Source: Mytilus edulis
Lineage: Eukaryota
NCBI RefSeq assembly: GCF_963676685.1
Contig: NC_092347.1
Span: forward strand, 744,001-808,000
Direction of reading: 5' to 3'
Length of the DNA stretch: 64,000 nt
The notes under the pieces are model-generated. The model made no database searches. It saw only the letters and a list, made by a program, of their open reading frames with translations, and had not been told where the DNA came from. A program made the translations under genes and the position numbers. This document shows, piece after piece, positions 51,501 to 62,965 of the stretch. Position 1 is the stretch's first letter; each line of letters begins with the position of its first letter.

Positions 51501-54500
51501 CATGGTTCATTGGTCAATGATAATTTTTCACTGATTTGTCAGTTTATCAGATACTGTTTAACTATATTTGGTGTATGGAATGATTTACAGCTCTGGAGTT
51601 ATGTGATGAAATGCATTTTGATGAGGTGTTAATTACAAAAAAACATGCATTTGTTCAATTTTTAATTAAGTTTAGCCCCTCCTACCAAATTCTTATTTCA
51701 AATAACTTTTGACTAATGAAATATTTATAATAAAAGTACAAAACAAATCATTTTACAGGGAAAATTTAACTTTTGTGTCCGCTTCTTAACACCTTGCAAA
51801 GGAAAAGATTAGGTCATCTTTAAATGATTTTAAGTAAATTCATTTTTAAAACCCCTTTCAAATTATAATAGGTAAAGGTCATTTCACTTTCCATAAATAA
51901 TCCAACAGATTAAAAGAAAGACATCCCTGAATTTGAGTTTATTTTTTTTCTTATATAAATTAAGTTATCTAATTTTCTTTATTATTTTTAAGATATCTGT
52001 TTAAATCTTTTTATTTTCGTTTTAAAGTTACTTGAGAAATACATGAAATATGGGTTGGTTAATCTAGAAGAAAAATTATTAGTAATTTTTTTACTATTTA
52101 AAAGTAAATCTCTTTAAACTGCCATACAACTTCATGGAGGGTGGTAGATCATTGTCTACAATGTTTTTCATGTTATTGGGAACAGTTTAAAAACATTTCA
52201 TTTTGTTGTTATGTTAGATTTTTTTTTGCTAATTTAATAATTATAATTAGCTATTTATGGGTTATTTGAAACTTATGACTGACGAACATTTGAAGAAATA
52301 TATGGAATAGATGGAACTTTGTTGTTATTAAATGTAGTGAAATGAAAAGGAACTTGAAATAATAGGTATCGTCCTGAACATGAATGAAATATTTGCCACT
52401 GAACGTAAGGTATCGTCCTGAAAATGCATGAAATACTTGCCACTGGACGTAAGGCATCGTCCTGAACATGCATGAAATATTTGCAACTGGACGTAAGGTA
52501 TCGTCCTGAACATGCATGAAATACTTGCCACTGGACGTAAAGCAAACAAAATCAATTATTAAATAAAATGGAGAGTGGTAGATCATTGTCTACAATGTTT
52601 TTCATGTTGTTGGTAAAACATTTGAATTTCGTTGAAGCTAAAATATTCTGTCCGTCATTAACTTTTTTTGTGTGTAATCTCAATAATTTTAGGGCATACG
52701 AAACAGTTACAGGGGTGGTAATGTAATCGCTTAAAAAAAAAAAATTGGCAACATTTGGAAAAGAATTATTTTAAGAAATTTTGAGAATAGAAGATGTTAA
52801 AATTTATTTTATATTATTTTGTAATTTTCTTTTAAAACAAGAAGTGTTGTTATGTTAGCAAAGGTTAGAAATGTCCAAGAAACCAGAAATTCTAGTCATG
52901 TGCAAAATTAATACTCTCTCCAAAAATTGGCACAAGAAGCTTTATTTTTTTCATTTCAAATTTGACTTGACTGAAGGGGAAAAGGGTTGCATTCAATCTT
53001 TCATCAAAATATCAGTGTGGGATTTAAACTGTATTGTATGCCCTTTAAGTTTTTCTGTACCAATTTAAGCTAAATATATATTGGAAGATCAAACTCTTAA
53101 TGTCTTAATTTAGGAATAACAATTGACCATTTTAGTGGATTTAAAGATGTTAATAAAATTCAAGCACAATTTAAAAATTCATATTGCTCTTTCATAGCTT
53201 TTTTAAATGTTTTGGAAAGTTCTTTTGCTTAAATTTTTTTGGGAAAGAGTGTTGCTAATCATTTTGCTGAAGGAAAGACAAATCCAGTAAAGAACTTATT
53301 TTTAAGAGATTTGTTAATTGTAATTTTACTCCTTAATTCCAGTCAATTTATCAAAAGTACAATGTTTTTCTCCTTTTTGCAATGTCTGTATTATGCTCAT
53401 TTGATAAAACGTTGTTATTTTTTTGCTATGGAGGGGGTTGTAGATTAATAGTTATTGTATTTGAAGATTGAGTGTTAAAAATATTGCAGATCTATGAAAT
53501 CATTATTTTACATTAATTCTCAACTAAAATTGCCATTCGAATATCCCTCTTCATGAATGAACAGTAACCTAATGATGATTTCATTTACAATTCTTTAATT
53601 TATGTATCAGAGAAGTGGCAATGAAATCACATTTGGTTATTTCAATCACTTTTGAAGTTGTTTTTTTTTTTGTCTCAAAGTGTTGAAGTGTTAAAGTTTG
53701 GGTAATGTCAGTTTTAAGGAATTAAATGATATGCGCTATACCCCATTTTCATATGGATCTTATTTTTACTTTTTGTCTGAGTTGTGGTCTGTTGATTTTG
53801 GAAAAAAAGGACAAAAGAAACTCGAGGAACATTAGAACTCATAAGTCATTGTAAGTCAAAATAAACCGTTGAATATAGATAAAAAGTAAAGGACCTTAAC
53901 CAACAAAGCAAAGCCCAACATAGAAAACAATACACTATGAACCCACATGAACTCCTCCAAAATATTGCGGTGATCTCCGGTGTTCTGGAAGGATAATCAG
54001 GCAGATCTTGCTCTACATGATTATAGCTTTGTTAAAAAAAGACAATGATATTGTTTGCAGGTGCCCAGCACATTCAGTTTTTCAGTGAAGATATTTTGGC
54101 CTTGTCCTCACATTCCTGGTCTGTTTACTTGTCAACATTTGCTGAATTTATGTTTTTAAGTTCATGATAATGTCTGGTTTTAAATGGTAAAAATTGGTAA
54201 TTGATATTTGGATCTTTGAATATTAGTTTGATGAATAGTATGTTTAAATTTCAACATTTGTATGTTACTATAAAAAGAATAGGCGAGACATTTCTGTAGA
54301 TACGTCAACAGCTTATGTATTGTTAATTGGTAGTCTTTACAAGTCACTTCAGTCAAATCAAATATGCAAGGTACATAGTCTTAAATTAGATACAATGTAT
54401 GAATAAAGATGGAGAAATAGTTTATTTAAATAAGGATAAGTGGTATGATTGTGATTATGACTATAGACCAATGTTTAAATGGGGATGTACAATGTAAGCA

Positions 54501-57500
54501 ACTATAGGTCACCTACAATTATGAGTGAAACCCATACTGAGAGTTTGACATACAAAGAAATAACATCAATTTATTTACCAATTCAAACAATCTCCCATGT
54601 CCTTACTTGGAACAGACACACTCTGGCCTTCGTAAGTCTTGTATGATTTTTAACTTTAGTTTCTTGTGTACAATTCATAGTTTAGTATGACGTCCAGCAT
54701 CACTGTACTAGTATACATATTTTTTAAGGGGCCAGCTGAAGACCTCCTCCGGGTGCGGGAGTTTCTCGCTACATTGAAGACCCATTGGTGGTCTTTGGCT
54801 GTTGTCTGCTCTATGGTCGGGTTGTAGTTGCTCTGACACACTCCCCATTTCCTTTCTCAATTTTACATAAAAAGTATGGCAAGTAAAATGTTTGTAAACC
54901 CTTAACACCTGGAGAGTTTTGATTTGGTGAACTTTACAGTTTGCCTGATTGGTACCAAGCACAAAAACAAGCTAAAAAAACAGAGTCATTCATGGACATT
55001 ACGCATAAAATAGATATAAGAAGATGTGGTATGATTATTGCCAATGAGACAAATCTCAATTCAAGTCATAATTTGTAAAAGTAAGCCATTATATGTCAAA
55101 CAGGTAACTGATTTTAATAACCAAAGTTTGAACATTGACACATTTTCAGGTTATAATATTTAGTAAGTCTCATTTAAGTTTTCTTTTGAGCTGATTGTGC
55201 TTACTAATTGTATCCTGATGAATACAGGGTATTTCTAATATAGTGTAGATTAGCATTAGTTTTTTCTTGGCTGAAGCAATATAACATAGAGTTCTTGTAG
55301 TATTCCTCTTACCTGTAGATTTAATATTATTATAGTACTTGTTTATTTTGTTGTGTTGCCAGTAAACCACACACCATAGTATTGCTTATGCTATTTTCCT
55401 ATTACTCTTTTAACAGAATAGTTGCTTATTCAAATTGCATGTAAATTATATAGCAAAGTGTTATTCCTGTTGCATACTAATTTTGTAACTGAGTTCTTGT
55501 CTATTAACATACAGAATTGCTTTTGCATGCAATTATATTAGAAAATAAATATCACATAATTTAACCCTTTCCGCTACAGATTTTTTTTTAAATAATTTGA
55601 TTTGCATAGGATTTTTTCAATTAAAAGAATTATTAGGTTTAAAGTAGTAAATGCAGTGTGAAAACAGATATTTCATCAATGAAATTCCAGACATATATTC
55701 GTGATATCCTTTTTATATTAGATATAACTTTTATTTAGTCTGATACAGATTTTTCCTATTTAAGACGTTTCAAATTAGGCACTACACAGGCGTCAAAAGG
55801 CGTCATTATGGATCAAAGGGGTGGCGTCAAAAGGCATCACTATGGAGGAAAGGGTTAAGTGAAGTACTTGGTAAGTGACTATGAGTAATCATTAGTTGAT
55901 AATATCCCCTGTTGTGACAGGATATATTTCTTCTGGTTAATGACTGGATGTGTATTTAGTTGCAATCAAATACATGTACATGTACAAGTTGTTCCCTTTT
56001 TATTTCTTCATCTTTTTTTTCTTATTAATTTATTGAAACATATTTCATTTCATGTATACTGCGAGGATGCTGGAGAGGTGTAAGGAAAACAAATATTTAT
56101 CAGTTTATTTTTTACTTATTTGTTACATCAGTTAACTTTTAATTATTTCTTGATTTACTGCTTTGCTTTGTTTTTTTTTTTTGTTTTTTTTTCCTTGAAG
56201 AACAGTATTGAAAAACAATATAATTTGGTTCAAATTTAAAATTGCAGTACACATGGTACAGTTCATTTATATTAGTACCTTATATTTAGTTATAATGCAA
56301 TAACATTTATATTTAATTCCCCAAAACCATAAACGCATAGGATAAACTTTTAACATACCACTTATTTCTATATTCATAATTCAATTAAAAACTAAAAGCA
56401 ATCTGTTTTGCTTCAACTTTTTAGAACTTTTAAATATTAATTTAAGAAAAAATATCACAAACTCCTTTTGCCATAAATGTGAATTGTTTAATACCATATT
56501 TCATTTCAGATTTTTCTTTAGTTTTATTGTTACTTTATTCTTCATTTTTTTTTAAATCTATTTCTGGCTTTTGGATGTTTGAATGTCTCTTAATTAAAAG
56601 CCAGCAGTAGAACTTGTACATCTGATATGGTTTCTAATCTAAAAAGATGATATAATAAAATTGTTAATTTTCTGTTCACATCAAATGATGTTTTTTTGCT
56701 TAAATATCAATATTTACCAACTGTCTACATTTTCAATTTGTAATGTTCATAGATGGGATAAAATTGTAAAAAAAAGTTCTTTTCTAAATGTAACACGAGT
56801 TCTGCTGATGAATCAACAACCGAATTGGATCTATATCCTTTCTATTGTTGGATCGCTAGAGGTCGCTGCAAGGGTACTGCAGTGTATCCACCAATAAAAC
56901 CGATGGGTGTGTTTCTTTCTATTTTTTTTTTATTTTATTTTAACTGAAATACATACTCTCAGTCTGACTCTGATTAGTTTTTTGTATATCAATATTTTGG
57001 TTTGAAATCATTTATTCATTGTTGGCTAAAATTCAACAATTATTAATTTTAAGGCTGCTGTTTTCATCAGATTGTTTTTTACTGAAATTGTTACCTTAGA
57101 AAAAATGGCTATCATGTCATAAAATGTAACCTTTTCTTCGCAGGTCATTTAAAAAACCCTGATAGTTTACTATTTACATACTGTCTAGAAATAATTTTAT
57201 AAGCAGCATTCAACCACAGAATATCTAACATATTTGTTAATTTTCCCGTCTTAACAATTTAAATTTATGAATATATTATGTTCATGTTTGAAAATTTAAT
57301 TGTCTGGAGCTTATTTAGGGAAGTCCCTCTCTCTTATAAGATTTATAAATTTTGAAGTTTTTATAAACCTGGAAGAACATGCATGAACAAATGCAATATT
57401 CAATCATTTCATATCTATTTTTGTGTAATCAAAATTTATTAAAGTTAACTTGATATTTATTATTTAATAACGATTTAAGGAACCCCAAAATATTTTAAAC

Positions 57501-58263
57501 TGTCACTGTAATCATGCATCAAATTTTACAGTTTTACTGTAATACTGAACTTGCACTTCCCTGTACGTTACGTGGACCTAGTTATCTCCCTTTGGTCTTC
57601 GCTTCGCCACGAATAATCTGACACAATTTCGTATCCGAGGATGATATGATCTATAATTAATAAATAAGATCCAGAAAATGGTTTTACTTCATATTTTATA
57701 CCCCTCCATACGTTACCAAACCTATTTAAGAAATGATTTGGGATTTTTCGTAGACCTACGTAAATTTTCCAAAAATTATTTCAACTTCCATCGTTGTTTT
57801 AGCATATTTTTATAACACTTTTCATAAATAAGTACATATAATAATGAAGCTTATTCATTCAAGATTTGGATCCAACAAGTTTAATTTAAGTACGAGTTGC
57901 AATAAGACTATACGAGGTAAAAAAAAAACCACGAGGTGTGCACGTTCACAAAAAAACGGTTAACTCTGACCTTTTATCACGTGACCAATGTCTTGAACTT
58001 AGACGCCATTAAATCTTTTGCCGGTCAACTGTTAAACGTGTTAATTTGTGTTTACAAAATGAAAGGACTAATAGAACAATTGAGGAGATGTAAATAAATA
58101 CCTGGAAAGCAAATAGTATAGTGAGATGTATTGGAGGGTTGTCAGTAACACCATAGATTAGGGCATCATCGGTGACGTGAACTTCGTCCTCTATTGTAAT
58201 ATCACCCTCAGTTTCTGGGTGAGGGGTAAAACCATTCTGATCCTTCTCCTCCATTAATGTCAT
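27275..58263 (-). CDS. SLC23A: SLC23/NCS2 (nucleobase-ascorbate transporter family) gene, 10 coding exons, 605 aa
   Basis: Exons 58263-58102, 48390-48233, 45765-45668, 44314-44223, 38890-38709, 37697-37577, 36182-35790, 30345-30069, 28595-28500, 27513-27275. All introns are GT-AG with compatible phases. Total 1818 nt with no internal stop. Confidence 0.92.
27620..28300. repeat. Degenerate ~80-bp tandem repeat in the last intron
   Basis: Recurring taatgctctaagttggac..gtcattgt..ttaagggtatttataaacc. Confidence 0.7.
28500..28595 (-). CDS. SLC23A: SLC23 coding exon 9
   Basis: GNFRVDNILKTLLGNANLSGALLACFLDNTIPG. Confidence 0.9.
28860..29178 (+). mobile_element. Helentron-like non-autonomous element (HINE/DINE type)
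   Basis: aacaggaatgtgtcc start, (gacg/aacg)n microsatellite, 3' hairpin cctccgcaacggagg, then an A tract. Confidence 0.65.
29340..29790. repeat. Degenerate ~40-bp tandem repeat
   Basis: Recurring gatgtatcac..gacaca..ggtgc units, plus an exact ~48-bp duplication near 29680-29775. Confidence 0.6.
30069..30345 (-). CDS. SLC23A: SLC23 coding exon 8
   Basis: VGSRLVF..GKFCAVFITIPHPVLGG..MFGMFIGVVLSNL..SSTRNIAIIG. Confidence 0.92.
31741..33052. mobile_element. Non-autonomous CACTA/EnSpm element
   Basis: Ends CACTACAAACCA...TGGTTTGTAGTG with a ~50-bp imperfect TIR, 3-bp TSD ATA (31738-31740 / 33053-33055), and inverted subterminal tactcgac/agtctgaac repeats. Confidence 0.9.
33053..33350 (+). mobile_element. 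Helentron-like element (5' end at ~31720) split by the CACTA insertion
   Basis: (gact/acag)n microsatellite at 33205-33310 and 3' hairpin tataccc...gggtata. Confidence 0.65.
33450..33617. repeat. Long near-perfect inverted repeat (hairpin), ~75-bp arms
   Basis: agagataactgtattgtatttgaagcttt..ggacgtccatcggtagttttactgtcgcaaat..tttacctg, loop gcgacgcggagcggaga, then the reverse complement. Confidence 0.92.
34560..35760. repeat. Cluster of dispersed repeats, including a decayed hammerhead-bearing unit
   Basis: Segments shared with 31225-31670, 36770-37070 and 44580-44790 (aaaaccaggtt.aa.cca.cattt, tgtaccaagtcaggaa, tatactactgttgccttt). Confidence 0.65.
35790..36182 (-). CDS. SLC23A: SLC23 coding exon 7 (contains the NAT signature)
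   Basis: ARTD..WFYVPHPTQFGPP..SVLDSIGDYYACA..PPPPSHAVNRGIAIEG..STYGGNIGSIGITK. Confidence 0.95.
37577..37697 (-). CDS. SLC23A: SLC23 coding exon 6
   Basis: TAAISIILSLYLGKYLLPIPVWTRKRGCHTIRYPLHQVFS. Donor gtaagt. Confidence 0.88.
37732..37983. repeat. ~85-bp tandem repeat, 3 copies
   Basis: aattataacgtgatgtca.caaatacataggtcca..ggttaaggaaataaaaaagactggaatgggtataacaaagataag. Confidence 0.9.
38709..38890 (-). CDS. SLC23A: SLC23 coding exon 5
   Basis: LEGSLMLAGFLHFLIGATGLVGVLLRFIGPVTIVPTILLIGL. Confidence 0.93.
39902..42560. mobile_element. Composite-type element with 455-bp terminal direct repeats (non-autonomous, KolobokP-like)
   Basis: 39902-40356 and 42106-42560 are nearly identical (3 differences seen), each bounded by GGGT...ACCC. 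Outer 4-bp TSD AGTT (39898-39901 / 42561-42564). Non-coding 1.75-kb interior. Confidence 0.75.
42570..43430 (+). pseudogene. Decayed Ty3/Gypsy pol (reverse transcriptase) remnant
   Basis: Broken frames read IVRHSITLHDETPIK, WRLSVDYWKMNEQTI*DA*PIPLIKENLNALCGSRQFS*LDLD and TFQKIIEEVVSG. Confidence 0.75.
44223..44314 (-). CDS. SLC23A: SLC23 coding exon 4
   Basis: ESSFYNSTLNISILVNRTTSADDILYGQVQK, a loop with N-glycosylation sequons. Splice sites cag / gtaagt, phases fit. Confidence 0.8.
45668..45765 (-). CDS. SLC23A: SLC23 coding exon 3
   Basis: RLPLFQGAAFEYTVPLLALQTLDPERC. Confidence 0.9.
48233..48390 (-). CDS. SLC23A: SLC23 coding exon 2
   Basis: QALLSLANQLALSIMVAEAVCG..LLSTTLFMDGITTLMMILFGVR. 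Confidence 0.9.
48721..49525 (+). mobile_element. Helentron-like non-autonomous element (HINE)
   Basis: aaactagaggctc start with gctcacctt, (gac/gacg)n microsatellite, terminal hairpin gctcacttggcctttaaggcaaggtgagtt, then an A tract. It interrupts a hammerhead-bearing repeat. Confidence 0.75.
49912..51355. repeat. 31-bp minisatellite (~46 copies)
   Basis: Unit ctactatatttggtgtattgaatgataaggg. Confidence 0.97.
52365..52545. repeat. 44-bp tandem repeat, 4 copies, of a SINE-tail-like motif
   Basis: ggtatcgtcctgaacatgcatgaaatacttgccactggacgtaa. A single copy of the motif also occurs at ~22010-22055. Confidence 0.85.
54658..54865 (+). mobile_element. SINE-like dispersed repeat, 3' portion
   Basis: ggggccagctgaag..gaagacccattggtggtc..ctccccatttcctttctcaatttta, recognised from memory as an abundant bivalve repeat. 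Shared with 1133-1177. Confidence 0.6.
55565..55854. mobile_element. piggyBac-type MITE (290 bp)
   Basis: TTAA|CCCTTTCC ... GGAAAGGG|TTAA. Confidence 0.8.
58102..58263 (-). CDS. SLC23A: SLC23 first coding exon (copy with intact splice sites)
   Basis: gccaccATG Kozak context. MTLMEE..LIYGVTDNPPIHLTILFAFQ. Intact acceptor tttttcag at 58283-58284 and donor gtattt. Confidence 0.88.
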
Positions 58264-60347
58264 GGTGGCTGAATTATCAGACCTGAAAAATAGAATATCT
58301 TCTTTAACAAGATGTATGCGGTATATAAATGTGACTGTGAATAACATGTGTACAGTCTTGGAAAATAATGATGTCTTCTTTAACAAGATGTATGCTGTAT
58401 ATGTGAGGCTATATGTAAAATTTATACAGTTTTTACTAGGAATAAAACATGTTGTATCTTCACAAAGAAAAAATAAATGTGCATCCATTAATGAAGCGAT
58501 AAACTTCAAAGATAACTGAACGTGTTACTTAAGAGAAGAAATAAATAAGAAGAGAAATGGACATATGCGCATCCATCACGAGTATACACGTTCGAGCATC
58601 TAGTTCACTTATATCCATATGTAAATAGGGAAGTAAAGTAAGTAACTGACCTCGAGTACATCTTTGCACCGGACGTCAACACCAAAAGATTTTCTAATCC
58701 ATTTCTTATTAAACAATCATCAAAATACTCTGACCGGCCACAACACGTCCTGATGTACAAGTACAACCAAAAGGAGTGCAGCATGTTAGAAACTGATGAA
58801 GAATTAATAAGTATATTTATCTTACGCCCTCATCTTATTGATTCTTGATTATCAACATCAAAAAGAAAACATTGTTAGAACTTAGTATTTTTAATGTCAT
58901 AGCGATTTTCCCGTTTTACATTTATTAATGAACATGATGTAACTGCAATCAAAAATACAATATTTACCAACTGTCTACATTTTCAATTTATAATGTACAT
59001 AGATGGGATAAAATTGTAAAAAAAAGTTCTTTTCTAAATGTAACACGAGTTCTGCTGATAAATCAACAACCGAATTGGATCTATATCCTTTCTATTGTTG
59101 GATCGCTAGAGGGCGCTGCAAGGGTACTGCAGTGTATCAACCATTAAAACCGGTGGGCGTGTTTATTTCTATCTTTTTTAATTTTATTTTAAGTGAAATA
59201 CATACTCTCAGTCTGACTCTGATTAGTTTTTTGTATATCAACTTTTTGGTTTGAAATCATTTATTCATTATTGGCCAAAGTTCAACAATTATTAATTTTA
59301 AGGCTGCTGTTTTCATCAGATTTGTTTTACTGAAATTGTACCCTTAAAAAAAAGGCTATCATGTCATAAAATGTAACCTTTTCTTCGCAGGTCATTTAAA
59401 AAACCCTGATAGTTTACTATTTACATACTGTCTAGAAATAATTTTATAAGCAGCATTCAACCACAGAACCTCTAACATATTTGTTAATTTTCCCCTCTTA
59501 ACAATTAAATTTAATAAATATATTATGTTCATGTTTGAAAATTTAATTGTCTGGAGTTTATTTAGGGAAGTCCCTCTATCTTATAAGATTTATAAATTTT
59601 TAAGTTTTTAAAAACCTGGAAGAACATGCATGAACAAATGCAATATTCAATCATTTCATATCTATTTTTGTGTAATCAAAATTTATCAAAGTTAACTTGA
59701 TATTTATTATTTACTAACGATTTAAGGAAACCCCAAAATATTTTAAACTGTCACTGATATCATGCATCAAATTTTACAGTTTTACTGTAATAATGAACTT
59801 GCACTTCCCTGTACGTTACGTGGACCTAGTTATCTCGCTTTGGTCTTCGCTTCGCCACGAATAATCTGACACAATTTCGTATCCGAGGATGATATGATCT
59901 ATCATTAATAAATAAGATCCAGAAATGGTTTTACTTCATATTTTATACCCCTCCATACGTTACCAAACCTATTTAAGAAATGATTTGGGATTTTCTGTAG
60001 ACCTACGTAAATTTTCCAAAAAATATTTCATCTTCCATCGTTGTTTTAGCATATTTTTATAACACTTTTCATAAATAAGTATATATAATAATGAAGCTTA
60101 TTTATTCAAGATATGGATCCTACAAGTTTTATTTAAGTACAAGTTGCAATAAGACTATACGAGGTAAAAAAAAACCACGAGGTGTGCACGTTCACAAAAA
60201 AACGGTAAACTCTGACCTTTTATCACGTGACCAATGTCTTGAACTTAGACGCCATTAAATCTTTTGCCGGTCAACTGTTAAACGTGTTAATTTGTGTTTA
60301 CAAAATGAAAGGACTAATAGAACAATTGAGGAGATGTAAATAAATAC

Positions 60348-60509
60348 CTGGAAAGCAAATAGTATAGTGAGATGTATTGGAGGGTTGTCAGTAACACCAT
60401 AGATTAGGGCATCATCGGTGACGTGAACTTCGTCCTCTATTGTAATATCACCCTCAGGTTCTGGGTGAGGGGTAAAACCATTCTGATCCTTCTCCTCCAT
60501 TAATGTCAT
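60348..60509 (-). pseudogene. Duplicate SLC23 first coding exon with mutated acceptor
   Basis: Same 54 codons with one T>P change, but acceptor AG is changed to CG at 60529-60530. Confidence 0.75.
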
Positions 60510-61097
60510 GGTGGCTGAATTATCAGACCGGAAAAATAGAGATATCTTCTTTAACAAGATATATAGTGTATATATGTGTGACTGTAAATAACATGTGTAC
60601 AGTCCTGGAAAATAATGATGTCTTCTTTAACAAGATGTATGCTGTATATGTGAGACTATATGTAAAATTTATACAGCTTTTACTAGGAATAAAACATGTT
60701 GTATCTTCACAAAGAAAAAATTAATGTGCATCTATTAATGAAGCGATAAACTTCAAGGATCACTGAACGTTTTACTTAAGAGAAGAAATAAATAAGAGAA
60801 ATGGACATATGCGCATCCATCACGAGTATATACATTCGAGCATCTAGTTCACTTATATCCATATGTTGTATGTAGTTTCTAAATACGGAACAAAATAGGG
60901 AAGTAAAGTAAGTAACTGACCTTGAGTACATCTTTGCACCGGACATCAACACCAAAATATTTTCTAATCCATTTCTTATTAAACAATCATCAAAATACTC
61001 TGACCGGCCAAAACACGTCATGATGTACAATTACAACCAAAAGGAGTGCAGCATGATAGAAACTGATGAAGAATCAATAAGTATATTTATCTTACGC

Positions 61098-61390
61098 TTA
61101 TGAATATGTAAGGTAAGCAGGAAGTTGATGTGTTTATGAATATGTAAGTATAAGGTAAGCAGGAAGTTGATGTGTTTATAAATATGTAAGTATGAGGTAA
61201 GCAGGAAGTTGATGTGTTTATGAATATGTAAGTATAAGGTAAGCAGGAAGTTGATGTAATTATGAATATGTAAGTATGAGGTCAGCAGGAAGTTGATGTG
61301 TTTATGAATATGTAAGTATAAGGTAAGCAGGAAGTTGATGTGTTTATGAATATGTTAGTATAAGGTAAGCAGGTAAGCAGGAAGTTGATG
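61098..61390. repeat. 42-bp minisatellite (~7 copies)
   Basis: Unit gaagttgatgtgtttatgaatatgtaagtataaggtaagcag. Confidence 0.93.
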
Positions 61391-62965
61391 TTTTCTGTGG
61401 TAGAGAAATTCGAAGAACCTTGGTTGTATCATATCGGAAAGTTTTCTATGGTAGAGAAAGACGAAGAACCTTGGTTGTATACTATTGGACAGTTTTCTTT
61501 TGTATAGAAAGTCAGAAAACATTGGTTGTTTCATATCAGGCAGTTTTGAATGGTAGTGAAAGTTGAATAACCTCGGTTGTATAATACAAGACAGTTTTCT
61601 GTGGTAGAGTAAATCGAAGAACCTTGGTTGTATCATATCGCAGTTTTCTGTGGTAGAGAAAGTCGGAGAATCTTGGTTGTATCATATCAGACAGTTTTCT
61701 TTCGTAGAGAAAGTCGAAGAACCTTGGTTGTATCAAAACAGACAGTTTTCTTTTGTAGAGAAAGTCGGAGAACATTGGTTGTGTCATATCAGGCAGTTTT
61801 GAATGGTAGTGAAAGTTGAAGAACCTTGGTTGTATCATATCGCAGTTTTCTGTGGTAGAGAAAGTCGAAGAACCTTGGTTGTATCATAACAGGCAGGTAT
61901 TTTTTTAGAGAAAGTCGGAGAACATTGGTTGTGTCATATCAGGCAGTTTTGAATGATAGTGAAAGTCGGAGAACCTTGGTTGTATCATATCGCAGTTTTT
62001 TTGTGGTAGAGAAAGTCGAAGAACCTTGGTTGTATCATAACAGACAGTTTTTATTTAGAGAAAGTCGGAGAACATTGTTTGTGTCATATCAGGCAGTTTT
62101 GAATGGTAGTGAAAGTTGAAGAACCTTGGTTGTATCATATCGCAGTTTTCTGTGGTAGAGAAAGTCGAAGAGCCTTGGTTTTATCTTTCGGACAGTTTTC
62201 TATAGTAGTGAAAGTCGGAGAAACTTGGTTGTATCATATTGGACTGGTAGAGTAAATCGAAGAACCTTGGTTGTATCATATCGTAGTTTTCTGTGGTAGA
62301 GAAAGTCGTAGAACCTTGGTTGTATAATTTCAGACAGTTTTCTATGGTAGAGAAAGTCGGAGAACCTTGGTTGTAAAATTTCAGACAGTTTTCTATGGTA
62401 TAGAAAGTCGGAGAACCTTGGTTGCATCATGTCGGACAGTTTTCTATGGTAGAGAAAGTCGAAGAACCTTGTTTGTATCATGTCGGACAGTTTTCTATGG
62501 TAGTGAAAGTCAGAGAACCTTGGTTGTATCATGTCGGACAGTTTTCTATGCTAGAGAAAGTCGGAGAACCTTGGTTGTATCATGTCGGACAGTTTTCTAT
62601 GGTAGAAAAAGTCGGAGAAGCTTGGTTGTATCATGTCGGACAGTTTTCTATGGTAGAGAAAGTGGGAGAATCTTTGTTGCATCATGTCAGACAGTTTTCT
62701 TGGTTGTATCATGTCGGACAGTTTTCTACGGTAGAGAAAGTCGAAGAACCTTGTTTGCATCATGCCGAACAGTTTTCTATGGTAGAGAAAGTCGGAGAAC
62801 CTGGTTTGCATCATGTCGGACAGATTTCTATGGTAGAGAAAGTCGTAGAAGCTTGGTTGTATCATTTCGGACAGTTTTCTATGGTAGAGAAAGTCGGAGA
62901 ACCTTGTTTGCATCATGTCGGACAGTTTTCTATGGTAGAGAAAGTCGGCGAAGCTTTGTTGTAAT
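61391..62965. repeat. 51-bp minisatellite (~31 copies)
   Basis: Unit cagttttctatggtagagaaagtcggagaaccttggttgtatcatgtcgga, with a ~150-bp higher-order period in the left half. Confidence 0.95.

Larger units (their letters stand above)
56708..61097. repeat. Tandem segmental duplication (~2.1 kb, 2 copies) containing the SLC23 start-codon exon
   Basis: 56708-58827 aligns with 58958-61097 at high identity, offset ~2250 bp. Confidence 0.95.
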
